Source: Camelus dromedarius
Lineage: Eukaryota
Direction of reading: 5' to 3'
NCBI RefSeq assembly: GCF_036321535.1
Contig: NC_087436.1
Coordinates: 86,120,001 to 86,184,000, forward strand
DNA: 64,000 nucleotides
Part shown: piece after piece, positions 52,259-63,864 of the stretch
Position numbering within the stretch: the first letter of the stretch is position 1
Layout of the letters: every line of letters starts with the position of its first letter
The notes under the pieces: model-generated
Databases searched by the model: none
What the model was told of the DNA's origin: nothing
What the model saw: the letters and a program-made list of their open reading frames with translations, nothing else
Translations under genes and position numbers: made by a program

Positions 52259-54059
52259 CTCTTACCTGGCTTTATTTAACAGCATCTTAACTTCTCTGCT
52301 TCTTTAACATAGCCAAATTCATCCAGATTACTCATAAGTCATACCACATCACTCCTCTGCTCAAATCCTCCAAAAGCTTCCCAGTTAACTAAAAATAAAA
52401 GCCCAAGTCCTCACTCTGACCTATGGGTCCCACCCCATCATCACTCTGTCCCTCCCACCCCTCCCCAAACACACAAACATACACCCTCACTCTACTCTAG
52501 CCACTCTGCCTCTTCATTATTTCTCAACAATTTCAGGCATCTTCCCACCTAGGCGTTTGCTTGGAATTCTTTACATCTGTTTGGAAATCTCTTGCCCCAG
52601 CAAGTCACATGGTCAGGACTCACACTCCCTTCAGGTCTTTATTTCAAAGTTTTTTTTCAGTTAGACCTTCTCTAACTTAACTAAATATCTATCTTTATGT
52701 GTATTTCCTTATTTAGTCCTCATCACCCTATGAGGGAGATACTTATTAATTACCCCCATATTACAAGTGAGGAAAATAGAAGAGAGGTTAAGTGAATTGC
52801 CCAAGGTCACACTGCTAGTAAACAGTAGAGCATGAAGACTGATTCTAGAACCTTCTCTATATCCTATCTATATTTACTCTATATATAGGATATTTAGTCT
52901 ATGTATGTATATATATTTTTCATATATATTTGTTATTTGTATGTACATATAGCTACAATGAAATACAGCTGTTTCTAACCTCCATGTTTGAGGCAACTGG
53001 TGGAGGCTTGGAAGCAGAATGATGCATTGATCCAGTGAGTATTTTGGGGGCATCTACTATGTACTAGGCATTGTGATGTGTTGATGAGGATGTAGAGATG
53101 AAAGATGCAGTTGCTGTCATAAAGGAGGTTGCAGTTGGGAATAGGAAAGAAGGCAGACACCTAGAAGTCCCATGACGAAAGAACTAGGTAGGACCCATGG
53201 ATAGAAATTACCAAAGGAAGATTCTGATACAACACAAATAAATGTTCCTAATAGTCGAAGCTGTCGAAAACAGAATGGGCTGAGACAACTCCTCTCATTA
53301 AGAGACGTCCCAGCAAAGGTGAGGAGACAATTGACCTGGCTGTTAGAGAAGAGATTGACTGAAGCATAACATGGCTGGGCAGCCACTAGGCAACCGCTTT
53401 GAGCTGGGATTTTTGAAGAATTTTTCAACAAAATGACTATTTGTATAGGCATGTGCAGGGCTGAGGGAACTAACAAGAATTTTGATGAACCTATGGGACC
53501 AGTAGAAACTGGAAGATACTGCCACCGTTTTTCATGAAGGTGCAGGAGGAGCCTGATTAAGAGCTTGAGCCTTGGCAAAGAGGCTCTCAGAATGGGAATC
53601 TCTGGAAAGTAGCAGCAACTGCAGAACTGGGCCAATGCAGCATCCCCAGACACAATCAGTATACCTCCGCTTCTCTCGCATCAGGTTGTTCTGTGATTAT
53701 GCAGTGCCACTCATTCACCAAACCCAAATGGAAGCCAGAGGCAAGAGGCTGCAGGTGATGCAGTTAATAGAGGATGTAATACAATCCACAGCGGCCAGTG
53801 TCTGCTGGCACCCGGCAAGACAGAGGAAGGTGGAGGTGGATCTAGACCGGCAAATGGAGAATAACCAGCACAGTTGGCTAAGGGCCATTCTTACTTTAAG
53901 TAGCAAAAAATTCTCCCTGAGGTCTGTAAAAATAAATGGTTAGGAAGTGAACTTCAACTATGGGAGAAAATTGGAGCTGAACAGAAAATCTGGCTCTGCT
54001 CTTCCCATGTCTCTTTTCCCACCGCAGCATTCCCCTGCTGAGCTCCAGTGTGCACCACC

Positions 54060-54400
54060 TGCCCGGGCGTCTGGGCGAAGCACGGGGCTGGGGAGCCTCC
54101 CATCCTGAGCGGGGGAACCAAGAACAGTCGGGCGCCGGGTCTCAGCCCAGCTTTCGGAGGACGAGGAGGCTAGGCTAGGGCAGGCGTCCCGCCCCGCCCT
54201 GGCGCTGGTGCCTGCAGGGTCCGCCCATCCCAGTTCTGCGCGCGGGGGTCGCCGCGACCTTGTAGAATGCCCTGACTACCAGACCAGCAGGGCTCTCCAC
54301 GTGGGCAGAGGCGAGGTTGTTCAGGTGGCAGGGATCCAAGGCGGAGCCTTCTTCCCCTCCGGGTCCACCCACCGCCCCTCCCCACCGCCGACCCAGAAAA
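54060..54400. promoter_or_regulatory. Small orphan CpG island ~7 kb downstream of GSX2
   Basis: GC/CpG-rich non-repeat sequence with tandem GC boxes (CCCGCCCCGCCC ~54188). Confidence 0.6.
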
Positions 54401-57400
54401 GGACACGCACACAAAAAAACTTTTGCCACACTATTAATATATTCGAGTTTCCTCCCACTTTCCCAATGGGCTACCAGCTGCAGAACTCCTGAATAGAAAG
54501 CTTAATTGTGCTTTGTCATGCAGAGTACCTCGATTTTCTATAGAAGGTTACAAAGGGCCATTTGAAGTATTTCTTTCTCGCCTAATAGTGAACCATTTGC
54601 ATAGGGCACCTCTGCGCCTGCCAGACCCAGGTAGCAGTGCGGAAGCTCCCTGGGACCCCGGGGTAACAAAACCCACTGCGGTTTCCAAGGGACGCCCTAC
54701 TATGCCTCCAGCCCGCACCCTGACTTTTCTCTTCATTTGCTCGGGTCACGGCCAGCCTGGGCAGCAGCAGATTTAGAGGATGCGAAGCCTAAGGCCCTTC
54801 TGGCTGACCTCCCATCCTGGCCCCTCTACCTTGGGCTGGGGCCTGCTTTAGGCGGGGCCTCCGGAGCCCAAGTGGTGTTTTCAGCTTCTACCTGCAGGTC
54901 CAGAGACCATGGGAGGCCCTCTGCCCATTTGCCACCAGCATTAAGGCCCAAGGGAAATGTTAAAGGAACTGAAGCTGAGTGTGATTTGGATAGACACTGT
55001 TACATTTCTCCTAGTTGATTGGCAGGGCTGCCTTCAGAATATCTTTTCTTGTTGCTTGTTTTGACAGTTCAAATCCAGGTCTATGTGACATATAAAGCTA
55101 ATAAAATTCTAATTTCATTGTTAATCTTACTTCATTGCAGTATAGGTTTTTACCCTCACACCTGCATGGCAGGGTGTAATTCCATTAATAAAAAAATCAA
55201 CATATTCATTGCATGTCTTTTCCTTGATGATATATTGTGAGCAGTGTGAGTTGAAAAAGAACCATTTATTCCCACCGTGAATGAGCCTGCATGGGGCGGG
55301 AGCTTCACCTGCCCCTCAGTCAATTAGGAATGTATCGAAAAGTCTAGCAGAAAACGAGTTAAATTAACCGTTCGCTAATTTCCTTGTGTCCCTCCTACAT
55401 AATCCCCCCTTTTCAGCTTGCCCCAGAAATTACCACGTTGCAAGGTTCAAATAGTGCCTAATGAAACAGTGACTAAACGCTTCTCCCTCCAGCGCCACCG
55501 TCGGGGGAGCCCTTTCGCCGGCCTTCAGAGCCAGCGCGATCTCCTGCTCCCGGCTCTTGTGTCCTTAAAAAAGGTTTCTTTAGCAGGAAAAAAAAAAATC
55601 TAAACTGTCAATAACCTGTGTATCCAGCCGGTGAGATTATACTGCTGTCCCTTCACTTCCGGCCACTGACTACACGACGAGATTCCGAGGTGCCCGCATC
55701 CTCCCCTCTTCTCGGACAGCTGGGGTCCTTGGAGTTGAGAGGGTTGAACCAGAATCGGGAGACTGGAGGAGGTTGAGGAGAGGGGCCTGGAGAACAAAGA
55801 GGAGAGAGAGAGATAAAGAGACAGAGACAGACACCAAGGTAAAAAGAGTCCAAGAGGGCGAAAAGAGCATAGGCAAAGAGAGACCAAGAGAGAAGCAGAC
55901 AGGAGACAGACTGACAACACTGCCAACGTTCAACTTTCTTCTCCTAAGTTAGAACCACGTGTCTGGCTCAAGCAACTCATCAGCCCCTGGGGGAAGACAT
56001 TTTGAAGTCTTGAGATGCAAGACCCTAATAATTAATCGTGGTCATTAATTAATTAAGGAGGAAAGGGAGGAGGTGGCTTGCTGCTGCTTGACCCCAAACA
56101 ATTTAAATTAGGCTTTGTGAAGGTGGACTCCAAAAGCCTGCCCTCCCCCTCCTTCCTATTATTTCTTTTTCACGCTCTCAAAAATTTCCATTATAATCCT
56201 CAGCGGTCTGGGGCCAGCAGAGCTGCACGTCCCTCTTGAGCCCTTCCCAGCAAACTGAGGCCAAGCTGGCTTCAGATCCTCGGAGCCGGCTGCCGCCCAT
56301 GGGCAGGGAGCTCTTTCCCATAGGGAGTAGCTCCCACCTGCCTGTTTTCTCTGCACCTGCTGTGGCTTGTTTCTCCCTGAACTTCAGAAACCAAATAGTG
56401 AGTGCCTAAGAATGAGACCCGCTGCATTCTCTGTCTCTGCCTCTCCCTCTCTCTCTCTCTCTCCCCGCCTCTCCCTCTCTCTCTCGCTCTCCCTCTCCCA
56501 GTCCCCTTTTTCCTCCCTCTCACTAGAGACTTGAGTTTCTTATTTGAAATGGGGCAGCTAATACAAAGTCATCAAAGCACTATGGTTCTTGTCTTAAAGT
56601 GACAGCCCTCTTTATGGGGCTGTTTGAAATACGCCCCCTGCTTTTCAATGTCTCTCTATCCATCTTTGTCTGCTCTTCAGAAAAGCGGACAATATAAAGC
56701 CCAGCCTGGCGAGCTCCCCACGCTCAGGCCTGGGCAGTGCCAACCTCCGCCTTTAAGCAGATTGAAATTGTCACTGCTTCATTAATCTGAAACTAGTTAC
56801 TTTCCTAAGCACACAGCACACACTTCCGATCTGTTGAGATTCACTCAGAGGAGCCCCTGGGGCCTTCCTGGGTTTGGGATTTAGAAGACTCAACAAAGGT
56901 AGGACAAGGGTTCAGGGAAATATAGGGCTGGGCTTGAAGAAAAGCAATGCCCAGTGCAGAAGGGCAGGCATTGACATCAATATAAGGGCACACAGAACAC
57001 TGTTTTTAGAAACAGTGGGATGCCCAGGCTTTTGGAGAGTGCACTTGAGAAGAAGAAGTCCAGCTGTGGGAACAGACCAGGGTATCTCCCTCCATGTGGA
57101 GTAGCTTACAGGACTGTGAGGACTCACAGGCTTTGGATTTTCTCTCCCAGAACATTGCTTCCAAATGTGAGTCAGGGTTCTGTTTCTTCACTGGAGCTCT
57201 GATTCAACTCTGTTCCTAAGAGATCTCTTTAAGTTCTGTTTTCTTTGCTCCTTCCCAGTTCCAACCTTTGTTACCCACTCCTAGTGCCAGGGCCTTGGAT
57301 GGGGAGCCCGGAGTTTCTGTGGAATTCCTCATGTTCTGTGAAACAAGCTGACTCTTTTCTTCATATCTCTACCATTAACAAAAGACAATACAAAAGATTC

Positions 57401-60400
57401 CTCTACTTTTAATATTTCCAAGCTGGCTTAGAATAGCAAGTTTTTGGATTCTATTCCATTTAATTTAAGGAAGAGACGTGGGTATTTTTTTTTTCAGAGC
57501 AGCTCAATTTTCAGTAATGTAAGCCTAAAGATTTATAAAATAGATTTATATTAAATTATGTTAATAGAAGCCTAGTAAATGCACCATTTAATTGCATGGA
57601 AAAATGTTCCCTTTTAAGAGGTCTGTCACCTTAACAGGTACATTCAAAGATTCCCTGTGAATAATAAAGGAGCAATTGCTTTGATGCACTGAGCTGCATT
57701 CAGTCTAGGATAGCTTTAGGCTGTGTTTGGAGAGGATGGGAGGAGCTCCTTTTAAAGCAGTGATTGCTCCTTTAAACCCAATTTCGTCTAGCAAATAGGT
57801 CCTATTAGGAGTATCATTCTTCCCCTTTATCTTACATAGCTAGGGCTGGACCTGAGGTCTTGCCTAGAGCTGTCTGTAGTCTTCCCTCGATGGTCAGCTT
57901 TTTTCTCCTCCCCCTAGCCCAGCTCAGCATCTTCCCATCTCCCTCAAAGAAATCTCCCAAGCAGTATCATGAAAAATGAGTGGAAACTGCAGGAAAGATA
58001 GAAGTGGGAAGCAAAACAAAACAAAACTTCTCTTTCCACATATATGACCACCACCAATAGAGTTCCCCCACACCCACACACACATATGCATATGTCCATA
58101 TACACACAGAAACACACAGACCCTGCTGCCCTCTGTGACCACCTTTAGTTGGAGTAATCAGCTTTCTGGCAATTCTCTGACCACAGTCAGTGTGGGACAA
58201 GCAAACTGCACTTCTAATCCTGATTAGATAAAACTGGACAGCACTGGTGAGGAGTGGGAGTGAGGAAAGGAAGGAGGATGCAAGAAATCAAAGATTTCAC
58301 ATCTCCTCATCCCTTTTTGTGTCCCCTAAAATATCTTTGGTTATCTTTAGGGGGATGTGTTTGGGGGTGGGGGCAGGGGGACTAAACTATGATGATCACT
58401 TCAGACCACTTCAGAATAAGGAGAGGGAGTGATGTCTACCATCCCCAGTGTCTCTATCACCTGGGCCCTGAACACCCCAGGGATGAGCTGCTGGGCCGCT
58501 TCTGCCCTGGGCATGGTTTGCAATCCAGAAGCCTTGCTGAGCGCCACTATCATTGTTAGGCCATTGGCCTTGGGCTTGTGTTGGTCACTGAGTGGGAGGG
58601 TGAAGGGGAAAGGTCTCTGCTCCTCTTCTTTCCTAGGAATGTCTGGAGTGGTTCAGGACACAACGGCAGGAGGTCATTCTTCCCGCTGTCCACACCCCCC
58701 TAACCCTCAGTTTTTCCTGTTTAAAGAGGTGGATTCATCCATGCTAAAGGCTCCTGCTGCTCACTTATTTTCTCTTAGTGGAACAAGGTTCTGATTTCCA
58801 ATTCTTATTTTCATTCTCTTTCTCTCTTTCCATTATGTGTGTATAGACCTTCTAAGAGTCCATGTTTTGGGGAACAGAGTTCAGTGTTTCAAGTGGGGCT
58901 TGTTGAAAAGCTAGCATCTAGTGCTTCCCAGGTAGAAAAACAGTCAAATGTGACCCCACACATCTCAGACATTCCTCTCGAGTAAATCTGGGGACACTTC
59001 TTTTAGGGTGTTTGATATCAAGACTGTTTAGCAGAGTATTTGTGTGTCTGAGTGTTGGCTTAGGTGTTCTTAATCTAAAATTAGACAGATCCCCAAAGCC
59101 TTATTCACAAACCTCAAAAACATCAACTGTTGGGGGGGGGGGTGTTGGGGAGGTGTAAGATAGTAGACAAGTAGACCTCGTGATCCACTCTGAAAGTGAC
59201 AAGAAGATCCACTCGGCTCAAATGTCTTAGAACAAGAAGGACCTGCCTGGGAATCCTGGAGGACCTTTCTTTGGATAATGTCCAACTTCTGCCTGAATCT
59301 TTTTTGCCTCTGGTCAGGAAATCCAGTGTTTATTGTCTTTCCTAAAAAATTTCCCCAAAGGCAGGAGCGAGAGGGCCTGAGACCATGCATGCAGCCCAAA
59401 ACCAGGCAAGGAGGACTGGCTCCAAGTCTCCTTTGCAGGAAGGTGGAGCTGGGTGCAGCATCAGATGTGGCAAGTGGGTGGTTCCCTGCTCCGGGGCAGG
59501 GCGCAGGGCCTGGGGTGGGATGGGGGCAGTCAGGCAGGGCGCAGAGGCCCGAACGCCGGCCTACAGAGGGGCCAGGCTGGGTGTAGATGGGAGGGGGGAC
59601 GGGGGTGTCTGTCCACTTCACAGATGAGGCTTTGCTTTGGGCAGGAGCACGAAGAGCTGCGAGCTGCAGCTGAGGCTCTTTGACCTTCTTATTATTTCCT
59701 GCGAAGGAATTCTTCCTTAGATGTTCATTCTTTGCGCTTAGAAACCTCATTTCTCCCACCCCTGTACTGGTGCCTGGAGAGACCAGTTTATTTGCAAGGA
59801 GGGAGACAGGATCTTTGGGAAAGTCAGCAAGCCGGCACCTCTTCTGCTTCACAGCTGGCAGGGCGAGGGGCCTGAGGCTGTGAGAGAGACAGATGTGGGA
59901 GGTGGGGAGAGAGGGGGAGATTGAGATTGAGATCGATCCAGGGCCTGAGTGTCCCAGGCCCGGGGCAGGAGAGTCAGATGAAACCACCACGCAGGACCAG
60001 GACCAGGTCACTGCACAAAGCAGCGGCAGTACACTATTCTGTAGGACACCATCCGGCGTCTCCTCCCCCTGCCTGCCCCTGGCCAACAGCCGAATGAGAG
60101 TTGACAACAGGTCTCAGAGTCTGAAAGAGGACTTTCCTTCTCCTGAGCCTCTGGAGTGTGTGTGTGTGCGTGCGTGAGGGAGGGGTGGGGGAGAGTCCCT
60201 GGCCAGGGGAACCTAGTCACATCCTCCCTCCCTTCTCCTCATTCGAACACTAGAGCCTCAACCCCACCTGGTGAGGTTTCAGTTCCTACAGACCTATAGT
60301 AAATCAGACCTGAAGAAGTGTGTCTATGTGTGTTGTGAACAGTTCCTATATAGATTGAACCTCTTGGTGACATCTTTACAGAAAATAATCAGAAATAACA

Positions 60401-61349
60401 CCAGTGAGTATTTGTGGGACTCAGCTTGCAGGGAATGAGATCTCCTAGTTTCCATGTTTCCAGCTTCACTCTCTCCCTTAGAGGATAAGACCTGGCTGCG
60501 ATTAGGAGAGAATCAGGTTGCCTTGCTGAAGGCAGAGCCAGAGTAATTCTTCTCCATAGCCAGGCTTGCAGGAATTAACTCTGCAGGGTCTTTGGAAGAG
60601 AGACTAGAAGGGAGCCAATTTCGGTTAAAGTTAGGGAGACCAGGGCGGCGGACTCAAAAGTCCAAAGGCACCTCTGAGCTATTTTGGAAAAGTGAGAATG
60701 TAAGTCTTTGGACACAATAATTCTCTATCCCTGAACTTTTGTCTTTTTGGCAGTGGTGAAAACTAGCCAATTTTTCAACTAGATGAATAACCAAAAACGG
60801 TATTGTTTCTGGTCACTTACAGCATTATTTGTCACTTTTCCTGTGTCTGCTTCCAATCTGTTTGATGGATTGTTGCTCTTCCTAAAACAATTCTGACTAT
60901 TCAAATTCCTTCACATAATTCAGGTTTTAATATTAAGAGAGATAAAGAAGGGGGAAAAGGGGCATGGGGACTGCTACAGAAAATATATACTAGGTAAGGA
61001 TTTTCCCCTTCACCTGCTAAATAAAAGAGTTGGCTGTAATTGATTGTCAGTGTCATTCTAAATGAAATGATTTATCCTATTTAACTGTGAGGAAGTGAGA
61101 TATTTTGAAGGATGCAGTGTACTACCTAGTATGTGGCATCATGACTAAAGATTTCTTCTTGGTAGAAGTTTCGGTGACACAAATCATATAAAGCCACAAA
61201 CTCCCTCAACCAAGAGACCCACATTACCAAGTTCTAGTCAACACTTCCCTCTAAATTCTCAGAATACTTTTTTTTTTCCTGCCCATGCCTTTCTCTAGAT
61301 ATGAAGGTGAGAGAGACAGGAGAAGCTGGGAACAGCAAATACCACAAAT

Positions 61350-61926
61350 TTAAAACCTTGATTTTGTTTCATTTATTTAAATAAATATAAATATAAGTTT
61401 TATATAAAACTATTCACAAAGGGACTTCCAGCACCTTGGATTTCAAACTGTCCCCAGGAAAATTTCAGAAAGCAAGACCTACAGGGTTTAATTTTCTAAG
61501 TTATTTGCAACTTAATACTTTCATTAAAAAAAAAACTAACAACAAAAAATAATCAAGAAACCTGGTGTTCTTATCAGGTTCTGAAAGACAGCAGGGAAAA
61601 GGAAATGACATGCGCTTTCAAAAAACCCCCATACAGTGTTAAACCAACCCTGTTTTTCTTTGTTATATGACAAGACTGAGTTGAATCTAGATTATTTACA
61701 TTAAAAAAAAAAGATCTATAACTGCGAGTGGAGCCGCAAACAAATAGGTCAAGGAGGAGACGTGGAGGGTCAGGCCCAGCATGTACACCCCCCGGTATGC
61801 TTGTCTGCACCTTCTCCAGGTGGGACCCCCCCCCCCGAAAGGGGGAGGGTTTTGGCCGCTGGTATCCGCCTCGTCGGGCGCTGTTGGGGATGCCCGGAGC
61901 ATGTGGCGAGAGGGGGTGGCCCTCCC
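61350..61926 (-). other. GSX2: GSX2 3' UTR (end approximate)
   Basis: Sequence between the stop codon and the AATAAA/GU-rich cleavage region. Confidence 0.75.
61372..61377 (-). terminator. GSX2 polyadenylation signal AATAAA
   Basis: TTTATT on plus; on minus it is followed ~25-45 nt later by a GU/U-rich element (TTTGTGGTATTTGCTGTT). Confidence 0.75.
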
Positions 61927-62267
61927 TCATAAGGGGGAAATCTCCTTGTCATCGTTGGCCGAGGCCGGCGACAAGGAGTCCTCATCCTCAGACCGCCCGT
62001 AGTGCGCCTGACTGCCTATGCACTTGCAGCCCGCGTGACTGTTCCTCTGCGTGCCCTTCCCTTCCTTCTTATGCTTCACCCGGCGGTTCTGAAACCAGAT
62101 TTTCACCTGCTTCTCCGACAGGTTCAGGTACGTGGCGATTTCAATCCTCCGGAGTCGAGACAGATACATGTTGGAAGAGAATTCCCGCTCCAGCTCCAGG
62201 AGCTGCGTGCTAGTGAACGCCGTCCTCATCCTCTTGCCGTTGGGTACCTGGCTGGCGTCCGAGCCCC
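61927..62267 (-). CDS. GSX2: GS homeobox 2, coding exon 2 with homeodomain (341 nt incl. stop)
   Basis: Acceptor CTGCAG|GGGGC at 62268/62267 joins in frame to give [69 protein letters not shown]...KEISPL*. 574+341=915 nt, i.e. 304 aa. Confidence 0.98.
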
Positions 62268-62960
62268 CTGCAGACGGGCGAAGAGAGGGTAAGAGAGGTA
62301 ATTTTCGGGAGAGGTGCTCCTACCCCACGTGCCATCCTTTGCAACGCATGCCTCTCAAGGAACCACCTGCGAAGCTCAGCCGAACACCTGTATCCATCCC
62401 TCACAGTTTCTCATTTCAAGACACATCGTTACTTAGCTGGGAAGGACAGAGGCGCCCAAAGCAAGTGAAGGCCTTTGATGTTCGGGACTTAAAGTCAGAG
62501 GATTAAAGTTTGGGGTCGGGGGGAGGCGTTACATTGTCCGGTCATCTCTCTTCAAGCCTAGCAGAAAGGCAGGGAGGCTTAGTCAAAACCTCGAAGCGCT
62601 TTTAGCCAGCCCCGACGCCGGAATGCCACACCTAAGTTCAAACACCCACCCCGGACCTCAGCCAGCTAACCTGCGGTTTCTCAGCCCTCAGCCCTCAAGT
62701 TTGAAGTCCCAAGGGCCCCGGTATTACACAAGACTCGGGCACCAGGCACTGGGAGTGAGGCGTACCAGGCTGCTTGGAGAGGCTGGCAGGCTAACTTCCA
62801 TCTTCGTGGAACTTCTGGGAACGACTCCACAGATACACTAAAAGCCCCTCCTCCCTCCCCACCCCGCCCCCGGGCTCCCACTTCCTCCACTGGAGGCAGA
62901 AAGTTTGCTCCCGGGATCCCGCACCGCGCGGCGCGCAGGTGCCCAGAGACCCCGCCCTAC
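62268..62960 (-). other. GSX2: GSX2 intron (693 nt, GT-AG)
   Basis: GT donor at 62960, pyrimidine-rich tract and CAG acceptor ending at 62268; exon phases match. Confidence 0.95.
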
Positions 62961-63534
62961 CCATGGTGAGGCAGTGGAATCTCCGCGGATCCGCCACGTT
63001 GTAGGTGGTGGCGGTGCAGACAGGTGCGTGGTGCTGCGGATGCCCCAAGGCCGCCGCGGCCGCCGCCGCTGCCGCCGCGGCCGCAGCGGCGGCGGCCGAG
63101 CCAGGCTGCTGGGGCTGGTGATGGTGATGGTGGTGCTGCGGCGGGTGGTGGTGATGGTGCGCGTGGCTCACGCGCGGGCAAAACTGAGCGTCCCCAGAAC
63201 CTGAAGAAAACTGACTCTTGAGCAGAGGCAGGGCCCCGGCGGTTCCAGCCGCCCCGCCACCCCCAGCCCCTGCACTCCCGTTCCCTGCGCCCGCGCCGCC
63301 GGAGCTCGCGGGCCCCCGAGAGGGGTGCAGGTGCGAAGTGACGCAGAGCGGGCAAACGCAGAACGCGCCGCTCTTGCGGGACGGGCAGCCTGGTCCGGAC
63401 ACAGACATCACCAACGGGGACGGCATGCCCAGCGGGATGAAGAAATCTGGCCCGGGGTGCGGCTCAGGCAGCGAGGGCGCGGGCCTTGAGGAGTCCTTGA
63501 TGATGAGCGAGTCGACATAGAAGGAGCGCGACAT
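62961..63534 (-). CDS. GSX2: GS homeobox 2, coding exon 1 (574 nt)
   Basis: ATG at 63534 gives MSRSFYVDSLIIKD (SNAG/eh1-like N-terminus), FCVCPLC, a His/Pro/Gln tract, a 16-Ala tract (63049-63096) and RRFHCLTMG. Donor ATGG|GTAGGG at 62961/62960, phase 1. Confidence 0.98.
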
Positions 63535-63738
63535 GTCGGGAAGGGTGGGTAGCTAGAGGGCCCGGCCGGCCGTGGAGCCCCCTCCCCTCTCCTGTCCTGA
63601 GCTCTGCCCCGGGCGCGGTGCGGACGCAGGCGGTCAAGCCCTTGGGGACGCGGAGGTGTCGGCGTCTAGGCTGCGAACAAAGGGGTCCCTGGAGAGGGCT
63701 GGTCCTCACGTCCCCCGCCCGACGCCCCAGCTACGAGA

Positions 63739-63864
63739 TTTTATAGCCCCCACCCCGACACGTGATGCTGCGGAGTACCGCTCGGCTCAGGCTCCTCGGC
63801 AGCTCCCCACCCTCGGGATAGGCTGCCCGAGTCACAACAGAAGCGGCGAGGAGGGGCGGGCGCG
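63739..63864 (-). promoter_or_regulatory. GSX2 core promoter: TATA box, E-box, GC box
   Basis: GGGGCTATAAAA on minus (TATAAAA 63745-63739) ~205 nt upstream of the ATG; CACGTG at 63759-63764; GGGGCGGG at ~63853-63860. Confidence 0.8.

Noticed and set aside
55488..55510. Possible CTCF motif (also weaker ones near 42270 and 54055)
   Set aside because: Several mismatches in the 5' half of the core; not supportable without ChIP data.
59070..60107. 345-aa minus-strand ORF downstream of GSX2
   Set aside because: Non-ATG start, no recognisable domain, Pro/Ser/Leu-rich translation of GC-rich DNA; needs expression or conservation evidence.
62791..62960. Tail of the 247-aa ORF (RAGSLGTC...FHEDGS) as a homeodomain-less isoform
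   Set aside because: It is read-through past a canonical donor into the intron; the spliced form gives the normal 304-aa protein and nothing here supports intron retention.
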